Of a stretch of 64,000 bases of DNA, positions 38,948 through 49,055 are shown one piece after another. Position 1 is the stretch's first letter. Each line of letters opens with the position of its first letter. The notes under the pieces are model-generated. The model was not told the DNA's origin, ran no database searches, and worked only from the letters and a program-made list of their open reading frames with translations. The stretch covers positions 12,554 through 76,553 of the forward strand of contig JANRKQ010000129.1 in the NCBI GenBank assembly GCA_033763395.1. The letters run 5' to 3'. The position numbers and the translations under genes were made by a program. This DNA comes from Myxococcaceae bacterium (GTDB lineage: Bacteria > Myxococcota > Myxococcia > Myxococcales > Myxococcaceae).

Positions 38948-39379
38948 ATGAGCGACGACAGGCACGAAGGCGCGGTGAAGGAGTACTCGAACGGCGAAGT
39001 CACCGTGGTGTGGGAGCCGAAGAAGTGCATGCACTCGGGCATCTGCTTCGCCGGCCTGGGGAAGGTGTTCAACCCGCGGCGTCGCCCCTGGGTCGACCTG
39101 TCACAGGCCAGCACCGAGGCCATCGTGGCGCAGGTGAAGGAGTGCCCGTCGGGCGCGCTCAGCGTCAAGCAGGCTGAAGGCAGCACCACCATCGAGGCCG
39201 AGCGCATCGTCGAGGTGACCCCCAACGGGCCGCTCCTCGTCTACGGCAACGTGACGGTGAAGCGCCCCGACGGGAGCGAGACGAAGCACCACAAGGTGAC
39301 GGCGTTCTGCCGGTGCGGCGCCTCGGGCAACAAGCCCTACTGTGACGGCTCGCATCGCAAGGTGGGCTTCACGGGCTAA
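38948..39379 (+). CDS. Divergent 4Fe-4S mono-cluster domain fused to CDGSH iron-sulfur domain
   Basis: VVWEPKKCMHSGICFAGLGKVFNPRRRPWVDL...VKECPSGALS is followed by CRCGASGNKPYCDGSHRKVGF. Start at ATG 38948; the ORF opens at 38891. Confidence 0.8.
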   Translation: MSDDRHEGAVKEYSNGEVTVVWEPKKCMHSGICFAGLGKVFNPRRRPWVDLSQASTEAIVAQVKECPSGALSVKQAEGSTTIEAERIVEVTPNGPLLVYGNVTVKRPDGSETKHHKVTAFCRCGASGNKPYCDGSHRKVGFTG

Positions 39380-39618
39380 AGCCTGCATCGAACCGGGGGT
39401 CGACCTTCGTCGTTTCGATTGCACCGCTGCACTGGCCGAAACCGCGTCACTCCAGCCGTGTCTCGTGCGTTGACAGAACGCTCTGAGGAAAGGTGGTGCC
39501 GTGTGCAGCCGCGCTCCTTCATCGGCGCACACGGTTCGAAGACGAGTCGCGCGGTTGGGCGTTGGTCGGCGTCCGACCAGCGCGGTGGCCCCGCGCTTGC
39601 GATGGCGCGGGCGTTCTC

Positions 39619-40908
<1,290 letters not shown>

Positions 40909-41026
40909 AGTCGACGGCGCGACTTGCCGTGCTGGTGCTCCACGTGCAAGCAGGCCTCGGCCTCAGTCGCGTCGACGTGCGGGGGAGCGGGGTGAAGGAA
41001 GCTCGAGTCGTCGGTGAGGGGCGCAC

Positions 41027-41500
41027 ATGGCCGGCAAGGTGAAGGTCCTGGTGTACGAGGACCTGGGAGCGAGGAGGGCGACAGGCTCGAAGGAGGTGAA
41101 GGTCTCTGACCCGTCCTGGCATGAGATCGAAACGGCCATCAGGGCCATGGATGGAGCGGAGCGCACCTCCGTCGTCCTGAGGCCGTCGCTCGAGGACCCT
41201 GAGACGATGCTGGTCGTCGGTGGTGGAGAAAACGACCGACGAGTCTGCTTCTTCTACGACGGCGACGAATACAACCTGGTCGACCAGGACAACGACTCGC
41301 AAGAGCCGGTCGAGGTGCTGATGGGCCAGACATCGGTCCGCTCCCGTCGCGAACTCGTGCCGCTCGAGGCCGTCCTGGCCGCGGTCGAGCGCTTCTTCGA
41401 GACGGGCGCAATCCAGGGCGATGCGTGGCTGAAGCAAGAGCTGCCTTCGCTCCAGGTTCACGAGCCCGGGCCGCGAGACGGTTCACCTGGTGGGCGGTGA
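41027..41500 (+). CDS. Small cytoplasmic protein, Imm1-like (polymorphic-toxin immunity family) by pattern; tentative
   Basis: 157 aa. SWHEIETAIRAMDGAERTSVVLRP...MLVVGGGENDRRVCFFYDG...VPLEAVLAAVERFFETGAIQGDAWL resembles my recollection of Imm1. GC is lower: 62% and 53% in the two 60-nt lines counted. Confidence 0.45.
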   Translation: MAGKVKVLVYEDLGARRATGSKEVKVSDPSWHEIETAIRAMDGAERTSVVLRPSLEDPETMLVVGGGENDRRVCFFYDGDEYNLVDQDNDSQEPVEVLMGQTSVRSRRELVPLEAVLAAVERFFETGAIQGDAWLKQELPSLQVHEPGPRDGSPGGR

Positions 41501-41606
41501 GTGGTCGGCCCCGGCGCGGTGGGTATCGCGAGCCTTCGCTTGCTCGAGCACCAGCGCCGATGCCTTCGCACGTCGACGCTCTCGTGGAAGCGGAGCGCGA
41601 AACCGT

Positions 41607-42302
41607 TCAGTGCGCCATCGCACCGTCGACCATCTGCCCGTCTTGAATCTGGAGCGCCCGCCGCGCGTGCTTCACCACTCGCGGATCGTGCGTCGAGAAG
41701 AGGAACGTCACGCCCTGGTCCCGGTTGAGCGCAAGCATGAGGTCGATGATCTGATCGCTCGTCTTCGAGTCGAGGTTCGCCGTCGGCTCGTCCGCCAGTA
41801 CGAGCCGTGGCGTGGTGATGAGGGCCCGGGCGATCGCGACGCGCTGCCGCTGACCGCCCGAGAGCTCGTCGGGCTTGTGGTGCAGGTACGGCTCGAGCCC
41901 CACCGCCTTTGCCAGGGCCTTCACCCGCTCCCGCAGCGCCGATGGTGACTCTCCGCCCGCGCGCACCGCGCACGGGAACTCGATGTTCTCGGCCACGTCG
42001 AGCACGGGAATGAGGTTGAAGCTCTGGAAGATGAAGCCGATCTTCTGGTTGCGCACCTCGGCGAGGTCGTCGAAGTCTCGGTTCGACACGTCGATGCCGT
42101 CGAGCACGTAGCGGCCCGCCGAGGCGCGATCGAGACAGCCGATGATGTTGAGCAACGTCGTCTTGCCGCTGCCCGAGGGGCCGGTCACCACCGTGAACTC
42201 GCCCGCGTCGATGGACAGGTCGACGCCCCGCAGCGCGACGACCTCGGTCAGGCCGAGTTGGTACGACTTCTTGATCCCCGACAGCTCGATGAGGTGCGGC
42301 AT
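41607..42302 (-). CDS. ABC transporter ATP-binding protein (LolD/MacB-type)
   Basis: ATG at 42302. Walker A GPSGSGKTT, Q-loop, signature LSGGQRQRVAIARAL, Walker B LVLADEPT. Confidence 0.9.
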   Translation of the reverse strand: MPHLIELSGIKKSYQLGLTEVVALRGVDLSIDAGEFTVVTGPSGSGKTTLLNIIGCLDRASAGRYVLDGIDVSNRDFDDLAEVRNQKIGFIFQSFNLIPVLDVAENIEFPCAVRAGGESPSALRERVKALAKAVGLEPYLHHKPDELSGGQRQRVAIARALITTPRLVLADEPTANLDSKTSDQIIDLMLALNRDQGVTFLFSTHDPRVVKHARRALQIQDGQMVDGAMAH

Positions 42303-42316
42303 GAAAGTCTCTTTCG

Positions 42317-43873
42317 TCAGAAGAACGCGCGCGCTTCGAACATCGCGCGGAAGGCGAACGGCGAGATGCCGAACTCGGTGACGGGAATGCCCTGCGAGGT
42401 GCGCACGGCCAGCGCGTCGGGACCGGGAATGGGCGCGAAGGCCAGGAGTGACAGGTTGAGCCACTCGGTGGCCGACCAGGTGAGCGAGGCGTTCACGATG
42501 GACGAGAGGTCGCGCAGGTTGGCGATGACGACCGCCTGCAGCGTGAAGTCCTCGAAGATGCGCGGCTTCTGGAAGGTGATGAACCCATAGTGCCGGCCGC
42601 GGGGGTCGAACGCGAAGCGCACGGGCAGGCCGTCAGAGCCGGTCCCTCCGAGGAGCGCGCCGGCGCCAGGAATGCTCGCCGCGTCGAAGCCGAGCTGCCG
42701 CGCCTCGGGGATGAGGCCCAGCACGTTGGCGAAGGTCTGGAAGTGGTCCTGGTTCCAGCCGTCGTGCTGGTAGAGGTACTCGAGCGACAGCAGCGAGTCG
42801 TCCGAGAATTGCCAGCGCGCGCCCACCAGCACCCGCGGCCGCAGGGCCTCTTCGGTCAGCTTCGACTTCGTGGTGAACGGCGTGCGCTGCGCCTGGCACA
42901 CGTTCGCCGTGACGAGGCTCGTCACGCAGTCGGCGTTGATGAAGTCGCGCGGGCTGCCTGTCTGGAACAGCGCCTCGCCGTGCACCTCGAGCGCCTCGAA
43001 GAAGATGCGGCTGAAGCTCAAGCCCACGCGCGGCTTGGCCTCGAAGTCGTCGACGGAGCGGTTGCCGTAGAAGAACATCAGGTTGATGTCGGTGTCCCAC
43101 ACGAGGGCGTAGGCGCGGGCGGCGAGCTGGTAGTGCGCCTGGGTGTCTCGCGCGTCCCACGAAGGCCAGTACAGGAAGTGCGTCGGCAGGCCCGACACCT
43201 GCTTGAGCTGGGTGGGCGCGAAGACGAGCGAGAAGGTGGCGAACGACAGCGGCGCTTCCACCTGCGCGAGCCACACGCCGGAGCGCTGGAACGTCGGGTC
43301 GGTCGGGTCTCTCCGCGGGTTGAGCAGGTCGGTCGGGTTGAAGGCGAGGCCCGGCCCCCACACGATGCGCTTCTTGCCAACGAGCACGTTCAGCTCCGGC
43401 AGGAACTCGTGCGAGACGAAGAACTCGTTGATGCTGACGATGGGCTGCACCTGCGGCGAGCTGCGGTCGGCCAGCGCCACCTCGCGGCCGTTCGTGTCGG
43501 TGCCCCGGTAGAAGCCGCCGAAGTTCGCGATGAGCGAGACGTCGGTCGAGAGGTACGAGTGCCCCTTCACGCTCACCTTCACCTGCGCGTTGAACTCGAG
43601 CAGCTGCTGGAGCTGGGGAATGTCGTTGGTGGGCACCAGCCCCCACGGCCGCGCGCGGGTGAACTGGGTGCGCGACATGCCGTAGCCGGTGACATCGACG
43701 ACCTTCTTGAGCGGGCTCGGAGCCGGTGGTGGCGCGGCGGCGGGCCCTTCTGCGACCGACGGTCCCGCATCAGGAGCCGGCGCCTCAGCCTCGTCGCGGA
43801 CCCCGCCATCGCCGTCCTCGGCGAGGGCGCCCCACGGCAGCCACAGCACCAGCGTGACGAGGGCCGCGCGCAT
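42317..43873 (-). CDS. Predicted outer-membrane beta-barrel protein (DUF1302-like; tentative)
   Basis: ATG at 43873. Signal peptide MRAALVTLVLWLPWGALA. Pro/Ala-rich linker, long alternating beta pattern, C-terminal ...FRAMFEARAFF (aromatic terminus). Confidence 0.6.
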   Translation of the reverse strand: MRAALVTLVLWLPWGALAEDGDGGVRDEAEAPAPDAGPSVAEGPAAAPPPAPSPLKKVVDVTGYGMSRTQFTRARPWGLVPTNDIPQLQQLLEFNAQVKVSVKGHSYLSTDVSLIANFGGFYRGTDTNGREVALADRSSPQVQPIVSINEFFVSHEFLPELNVLVGKKRIVWGPGLAFNPTDLLNPRRDPTDPTFQRSGVWLAQVEAPLSFATFSLVFAPTQLKQVSGLPTHFLYWPSWDARDTQAHYQLAARAYALVWDTDINLMFFYGNRSVDDFEAKPRVGLSFSRIFFEALEVHGEALFQTGSPRDFINADCVTSLVTANVCQAQRTPFTTKSKLTEEALRPRVLVGARWQFSDDSLLSLEYLYQHDGWNQDHFQTFANVLGLIPEARQLGFDAASIPGAGALLGGTGSDGLPVRFAFDPRGRHYGFITFQKPRIFEDFTLQAVVIANLRDLSSIVNASLTWSATEWLNLSLLAFAPIPGPDALAVRTSQGIPVTEFGISPFAFRAMFEARAFF

Positions 43874-43875
43874 CG

Positions 43876-44595
43876 TCACTTGCCGAGGTCGGCCTGCATG
43901 AAGCGCTGCGGCGGCGCCTCGACGTTCAGCTTGAACGCCTTCGTCACCATCTCGGTCTTGCGCGCCTTCACCACCTCGTTCTGCATCACGATGCGCGCCG
44001 GCCGGGTGAAGCCCTTGTCGAACTCCTTCCACTCGCTGAACGTCGCGGAGCGGATGAGCTGGCCCGAGGTGCCGTAGTACTCGCCGCGCACGGGCTGGAG
44101 GTCGGCCTTGCGGACGATGAGGGTGATGGCGTCGTAGGCCGTCTCGGCCGTCTTCGCCTTGAGCTTGAGCGCCCAGGTGTCGGGCAGCGGCGAGTCGACC
44201 AGCTTCGCGTCGTAGTCGGCGCGGTAGTTCACCCGCAGCACGTCGGCGTTGTTGAAGTCTCCGCCCTGGAAGCTGTCGCGGTTGGCGATGCGCGTCGCCC
44301 GCTTGAGGTTGGGCAGGTACACCCAGGCGTTGTCACCCAGGCGCAGCACCTCCTGGCCCTTCACGCTCGCCGGCTCCGAGAACCACACGCGGAACTTGTC
44401 GGCGTCGCGCTTCAAGAACCGCATGCCGTAGGTGCGCGTCGAGCCGTCTTCGCGCGTGGCCGTCATCTCGGCCTGTGACTCGAACGTCGCCGGGCCCATG
44501 ACGGCGTCGTACTTCGACAGAATCTCGTCGGCCGACGGGTCGCCAGCGAGCGCCCACAGGGGCAGGAGCAGCGACGACAGGAGCAGGGTTCTCAT
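43876..44595 (-). CDS. LolA-like outer membrane lipoprotein-sorting protein family
   Basis: The ATG at 44595 overlaps the upstream stop as ATGA. Signal peptide MRTLLLSSLLLPLWALA. ILSKYDAVMGP...FLKRDADKFRVWFSEPASVKGQEVLRLGDNAWVYLPNLKR matches the LolA_like pattern as I recall it. Confidence 0.7.
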   Translation of the reverse strand: MRTLLLSSLLLPLWALAGDPSADEILSKYDAVMGPATFESQAEMTATREDGSTRTYGMRFLKRDADKFRVWFSEPASVKGQEVLRLGDNAWVYLPNLKRATRIANRDSFQGGDFNNADVLRVNYRADYDAKLVDSPLPDTWALKLKAKTAETAYDAITLIVRKADLQPVRGEYYGTSGQLIRSATFSEWKEFDKGFTRPARIVMQNEVVKARKTEMVTKAFKLNVEAPPQRFMQADLGK

Positions 44596-45815
44596 TGGCG
44601 CAGGGCCTCCACGGGGTTGAGACGCGAGGCCCGGAACGCGGGCCACAGGGCAGCGGCGATGGCGCCGAGGGTGGCCACGGCGACGGCCATCGCGGTGAAG
44701 CCGTTCGTCGCGAAGGGGCGCAGCACGTTGGCGCCCGACACGCCCGACAGCTTGAAGACGATGCCCTTCGTCGCGAAGGCGAAGAGGGCCGCTCGCCCGA
44801 CGAGCGCTCCCAGTACGCCGCCCGCCGCGCCGATGACGGCCGCTTCGATGAGGAACATCTGCATCACCTGCCGCCGTCGCACGCCGACGGCCAGCAGCGT
44901 GCCGATCTCGCGCACCCGCTCGAAGACCGACATCAACATGGTGTTGATGATGCCCGTCAGCACGATGACGAAGAGCACGAAGGCGATGGCGCCGAGCACG
45001 AAGTTCTGCCGGTTGATGAGGTCTCGCACGAAGGGCTGCAGCTCGCGCCAGGTGTGCACCTCGAAGTCGGGCCCAAGCGCCGCGCGGAGGGCGTTGGCCG
45101 TGTCGTCGAGCGCCGCCAGGTCGTCGACGGCCACGACGTACTCGGTGACGCGGCCCTCGAGGCCCACGAGCTGCTGCGCCGTCTCGAGGGGGAGCGTCAC
45201 CACCCGCTTGTTCTCGAAGGGGAAGGTCGAGGTGGTGAGGCCCTTCACGGTGAGGTCGATGGCGTTGGAGCGGCCCAGCGGGCTCGTCGACTGGAGCGTC
45301 AGCATCTGGCCCGGCGCGAGCTTGAACGACTCACCCAGCTCCGAGCCGACCAGCGTCACCGCGGCGCCGTCGGCCGCCTCGAGCGGCGCACCCTTCGCGA
45401 TGAGCGTCTTCGCGCGGGGGCAGGCCTCGAGCTCGTGCGAGAGGTCGAGCCCGCGGCCGATGAACATCGTCTGCTGGGCGCCGTTCGAGACGAGGCCGTT
45501 GAAGGTGATGCGCCCGGTGACGCCGGTGACGTGCGGCACCGCGGCCATCTTCGCGCGGAGCGCCTCGTCGTAGGCCAGGTTGAGGCGCGTCGGCACCGAG
45601 TCGACGTTGTCGACGTAGCCCGTGCGGTGCACCTGGATGGCGCCGACCCGGCCGAGCACCACGTCGTCGACCATCAGCTTCGCCATGCCGCCGGTGAAGC
45701 CGCGCACCAGCAGCACCATCGCCACGCCGAAGACGATGGTGACGCCGGTGATGAGGCTGCGGCGGCGGTTCCGCCCGACGTTGCGAATCGCGAGCCTGGG
45801 GAGTCTCGAGCTCAT
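44592..45815 (-). CDS. FtsX-family ABC permease (LolC/E, MacB-like) with large periplasmic domain
   Basis: The ATG at 45815 overlaps the upstream stop as ATGA. LAIRNVGRNRRRSLITGVTIVFGVAM is followed by a ~220 aa periplasmic loop and a C-terminal FtsX 3-TM bundle. Confidence 0.85.
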   Translation of the reverse strand: MSSRLPRLAIRNVGRNRRRSLITGVTIVFGVAMVLLVRGFTGGMAKLMVDDVVLGRVGAIQVHRTGYVDNVDSVPTRLNLAYDEALRAKMAAVPHVTGVTGRITFNGLVSNGAQQTMFIGRGLDLSHELEACPRAKTLIAKGAPLEAADGAAVTLVGSELGESFKLAPGQMLTLQSTSPLGRSNAIDLTVKGLTTSTFPFENKRVVTLPLETAQQLVGLEGRVTEYVVAVDDLAALDDTANALRAALGPDFEVHTWRELQPFVRDLINRQNFVLGAIAFVLFVIVLTGIINTMLMSVFERVREIGTLLAVGVRRRQVMQMFLIEAAVIGAAGGVLGALVGRAALFAFATKGIVFKLSGVSGANVLRPFATNGFTAMAVAVATLGAIAAALWPAFRASRLNPVEALRQ

Positions 45816-47113
45816 GTGTGCGCCAGCGCCTCCACGGGCCGGAGCCGGCTCGCGCGCCACGCGGGCCAAAGCGAGGCCAGCGCGGCCCCGAGCGTGGCCT
45901 GCACCGTCGCCCGCACGAGGAAGGCCACGTCGACGTCGGGCCGGAGCAGGCTGGGCACGTTGGCGCCCGGCGCGGGAATCGAGAGGCCCTTCGCCTTCAT
46001 CCACGACACCCAGGCGAAGCCGAAGAGCGCCCCGAGGGTGCCGCCCACCAGCCCGAGCACCACGCCCTCGGCGATGAAGAGCTGGACGATCTGCCGCCGC
46101 TTCATGCCGACGGCGAGCATGGTCCCGATTTCACGCACCCGCTCGAGCACGCTCATCAGCATCGCGTTGACGACGCCGAGCAGCACCACGAAGAGGAAGA
46201 TGCCGCTGACGATGCCGAAGACGAAGTCCTGGGTGTCGACGATGTCGCGCACGAAGGGAATGCGCTCTTCCCAGGTGTGCACCTCGAACTCGGGCCCGAC
46301 GACGGCCTCGAGCGCGCGCTTCACCTCGAGCAGGTCGGCGCCTTCCTGCACGGCCAGCCCGTACTCGGTGATGCGGCCCTCCATGCGCAGCAGCGCCTGG
46401 GCGGTGCCGAGGGGGATGAGGCCGATGCGGCGGTCGTTCGGCGTGGCCGAGGCGAGCGTGCCCGCCATCACCACGTTGACGCCGTTGAGCGAGCTGTCGC
46501 GGTCGGGGGCCAGCACGGCGAGCTGCTGCTCGATGGGCGGCACGGGCGCCCCCGCCTGCCACAAGGGCACCTCGATGCCCTTCGCGAAGTCGTCGTTGAG
46601 CACCACCTGCTCGTCGGTCGCCGATGCGGGCATCTGGCCCCGCGCCCACGAGACCCACTCCCAGCGCTTGGGGGTGATGGCGCGCTCGGTGACGGGGTCG
46701 ATGGCCGTGAAGAGGAGGAACGACGTCTGGCCCCGGTCGGCTTCGGGCAGCTCGCTCCCGTCGTCGGGCGGCGGCCGCTTGTCGGGCGTCGAGACCTGGG
46801 CGCCGAACTCGATGCGGGGCGACACCGCGATGACCCCCGGCACGGCCGCCAGCTTCGCGCGCAGCTCGCTCGAGTCGGCGAAGTCGAGCGTGAGCGGCGA
46901 CGCCAGCACGTTCTCGACGTAGCCCTTCTTGTGCACCTGCAGCGCGCCGAGGTTTCCCCGCTGCTGGTTCTCGAGGATCTGCCGACGCTGGCCGATCATG
47001 AACCCCTTGATGGCCACCATCGCCCCGACGCCCGCGACGAGGGCGACGAAGGTGATGGCCGTGCGCCGCTTGTTCCGCGCGAGGTTTCGCAGCGCCAGCT
47101 TCAGCAGAGCCAT
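45812..47113 (-). CDS. FtsX-family ABC permease (LolC/E, MacB-like), second copy
   Basis: MALLKLALRNLARNKRRTAITFVALVAGVGAMV is followed by a periplasmic loop and an FtsX C-terminal bundle ending ...WRASRLRPVEALAHT. Confidence 0.85.
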   Translation of the reverse strand: MALLKLALRNLARNKRRTAITFVALVAGVGAMVAIKGFMIGQRRQILENQQRGNLGALQVHKKGYVENVLASPLTLDFADSSELRAKLAAVPGVIAVSPRIEFGAQVSTPDKRPPPDDGSELPEADRGQTSFLLFTAIDPVTERAITPKRWEWVSWARGQMPASATDEQVVLNDDFAKGIEVPLWQAGAPVPPIEQQLAVLAPDRDSSLNGVNVVMAGTLASATPNDRRIGLIPLGTAQALLRMEGRITEYGLAVQEGADLLEVKRALEAVVGPEFEVHTWEERIPFVRDIVDTQDFVFGIVSGIFLFVVLLGVVNAMLMSVLERVREIGTMLAVGMKRRQIVQLFIAEGVVLGLVGGTLGALFGFAWVSWMKAKGLSIPAPGANVPSLLRPDVDVAFLVRATVQATLGAALASLWPAWRASRLRPVEALAHT

Positions 47114-47131
47114 GGGCGCCTTCTCTCAAAC

Positions 47132-47148
47132 GAACGTTCGTTCAATTC
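47132..47148. promoter_or_regulatory. Candidate TetR operator 1 (GAACGTTCGTTCAATTC) between tetR stop and permease start
   Basis: 15/17 identical to the 17-mer at 47825-47841. It overlaps the 14-bp perfect palindrome AACGAACGTTCGTT (47129-47142). It lies 19-35 nt upstream of the permease ATG. Confidence 0.5.
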
Positions 47149-47156
47149 TGGAAAAG

Positions 47157-47810
47157 TCATGAGCGCCTCCTTCGGGGGGGGGAGGGGAGGGGTTTGACGG
47201 AGTCCCAGAAGCCCTCGAGGTGCAGCGTGAGATCGCGGCGCATGGCGGCGAGGTCGGGCGGCCTCGAGAGGTCGGCGAGGTGAATGATGCGAATCATCAT
47301 CATCGGGCCCATGAAGTGCAGCGCGGTGGCCTCGGGGTCGAGCGAGCGGACGATGCCGCGCGTGACGAGGTGCGCGAACAGCCGGCTGAGGCGCGCGCGA
47401 ATGCGGCCGATCTGCGCCTGCAGGTCGAACAGCCCCGCGGCGGCGAGGCGGGGCCACTCGGCCATGAGGAGCCGGAGCGTCTGGCGCTCCCGCGGCGTGG
47501 CCCACAGCTGCGTCGCCATGTCACCGAAGGTGGAGAGGAACTGCCTGGGCCCCAGCGTCTCGACGAGCGACTCGAGCTCGTTCGAGAGGATCATGTTCAC
47601 CTGCCCAGGGCCATTCTCGGCGAGGAGCGCCTCGAGGATCGCGTCCTTGTTCGGGAAGTGGTGGTACAGCGCGCTCTCCCGCACGCCCACGGCCTTCGCG
47701 ATGTCGCGCATCGACGAGCCGGTGAAGCCTCGCTGGGCGAAGAGCTCGAGCGAGCGGTCGAGGATCTCGCGCCTCGTGTCCCTCGCCGCTGACTTCTTCG
47801 GCCGCGCCAT
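47157..47810 (-). CDS. TetR/AcrR family transcriptional regulator
   Basis: The N-terminal HTH is RREILDRSLELFAQRGFTGSSMRDIAKAVGVRESALYHHFPNKDAIL. 217 aa. Confidence 0.9.
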   Translation of the reverse strand: MARPKKSAARDTRREILDRSLELFAQRGFTGSSMRDIAKAVGVRESALYHHFPNKDAILEALLAENGPGQVNMILSNELESLVETLGPRQFLSTFGDMATQLWATPRERQTLRLLMAEWPRLAAAGLFDLQAQIGRIRARLSRLFAHLVTRGIVRSLDPEATALHFMGPMMMIRIIHLADLSRPPDLAAMRRDLTLHLEGFWDSVKPLPSPPRRRRS

Positions 47811-47824
47811 GACGGGCCGTAATA

Positions 47825-47841
47825 GAACAATCGTTCAATTC
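47825..47841. promoter_or_regulatory. Candidate TetR operator 2 (GAACAATCGTTCAATTC) inside a putative tetR promoter
   Basis: The minus strand reads CTTGACA-GTGAATTGAACGATTG-TTCTAT-TACGGCCCGTC-ATG. This gives a TTGACA -35 (47844-47849), a 16-nt spacer containing the operator, a -10-like TTCTAT, and only 11 nt to the ATG, so the transcript may be leaderless. Confidence 0.45.
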
Positions 47842-47845
47842 ACTG

Positions 47846-48976
47846 TCAAGGCGAGATGGCCGTGCGGATGAGGGGCTTGAGGGCCTGCTCGAGGTTGACC
47901 GAGAAGCCGACCACGCCGCTCTCGGCCGACGAGCGCATCTCCTGGGTGACGAGCATCGCGGCGTAGCCGGCCTGGCGGTCGACCCACGGCGTGAAGCCGA
48001 AGGCGCCAGGAGACGAGATGACGTCGCAGCCCTGCCCGGGCGTGTCGCACTCGAGCCAGGCGCCCAGGCCGTAGCGGAACGGGAGCCCGAGCGCCTGCAC
48101 CGGGCTGACGCCGACGGTGACGCCGGGGAAGGGCTCCTTGCCCTGCTCGTCGTACAGCGCCGGGGCGCCGATGACGGTGGTGCCGAGGGTGCCGCGGCCC
48201 GCGTTGACGAGCAGCAGCTTCGCGTACTCGTTCGGCGTGAGGACGAGCCCACCGGCGATGAGGGGGTTCTGTCGGCCGGCGCGCTGCAGGGGCGCGCAGA
48301 AGTACTCGGCCTCGCCCGACAGGCCGAGGGGCTGGCGCGCCACCTCGTCGAAGAGCTGCGGCCACGTCTTGCCCGTCACCACCTCGGCCATGCGCGCCGC
48401 CACGTGCATGTGGGTCGAGCCGTAGTCGTACCGGGTGCCCGGCGGCGCATCGAGGGTGACGCCCGACAGCACGTTGACGCAGGCCGCGAGGGTCGTGAGC
48501 GGGTTCGAGGTGCAGAGGTTCGTCGGTGGCAGGCCCGAGGTGAACGACAGCAACTGTCGCAGGGTGATGGCCGCCCTCGGGCCGGTCCACCCCAGGACCT
48601 GGCCCGTGGTCGAGTCGAGCGAGAGCTGCCCACGCCGAATGACCTCGAACAGCACCATCGCCGACACCAGCTTCGAGGCCGAGGCCACCGCGATGCGCGA
48701 CTCGCCGTTGATGGGCCCGAGGTACTTCTCGAACACCTTCTGCCCCTGGGCGTCGAAGACCACGAGACCCATCGCGCCGCTCCCGCCGTCGCGCGTCGTC
48801 ACCCGCTCGGTGAACAGCGCGTCGACCGCCGCCCACCGGTTCACGCCGCCGTCCGCCAGCCCCGCGTCTTGAACGACGGGTGGCTCGTTGCCGCCTGCGT
48901 CCGGGTCGAACGGAATGGGCGGCATCCTCACGCCACACCCGACGCACAGCAGCACCCAGCCCATGAGCGAACGCAT
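47846..48976 (-). CDS. Serine hydrolase, beta-lactamase/PBP4-like family lipoprotein
   Basis: ATG at 48976. Lipobox LLCVGC. SxxK motif in IAVASASKLVSAMVLF. 376 aa. Confidence 0.8.
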   Translation of the reverse strand: MRSLMGWVLLCVGCGVRMPPIPFDPDAGGNEPPVVQDAGLADGGVNRWAAVDALFTERVTTRDGGSGAMGLVVFDAQGQKVFEKYLGPINGESRIAVASASKLVSAMVLFEVIRRGQLSLDSTTGQVLGWTGPRAAITLRQLLSFTSGLPPTNLCTSNPLTTLAACVNVLSGVTLDAPPGTRYDYGSTHMHVAARMAEVVTGKTWPQLFDEVARQPLGLSGEAEYFCAPLQRAGRQNPLIAGGLVLTPNEYAKLLLVNAGRGTLGTTVIGAPALYDEQGKEPFPGVTVGVSPVQALGLPFRYGLGAWLECDTPGQGCDVISSPGAFGFTPWVDRQAGYAAMLVTQEMRSSAESGVVGFSVNLEQALKPLIRTAISP

Positions 48977-49055
48977 GCGACCTCCAACCCCCGAGCTTGC
49001 CAGAAGTTGTACGACGCCCGTGAAAGACGCGGCCCGCTGTGCGACGGTGAACGAC

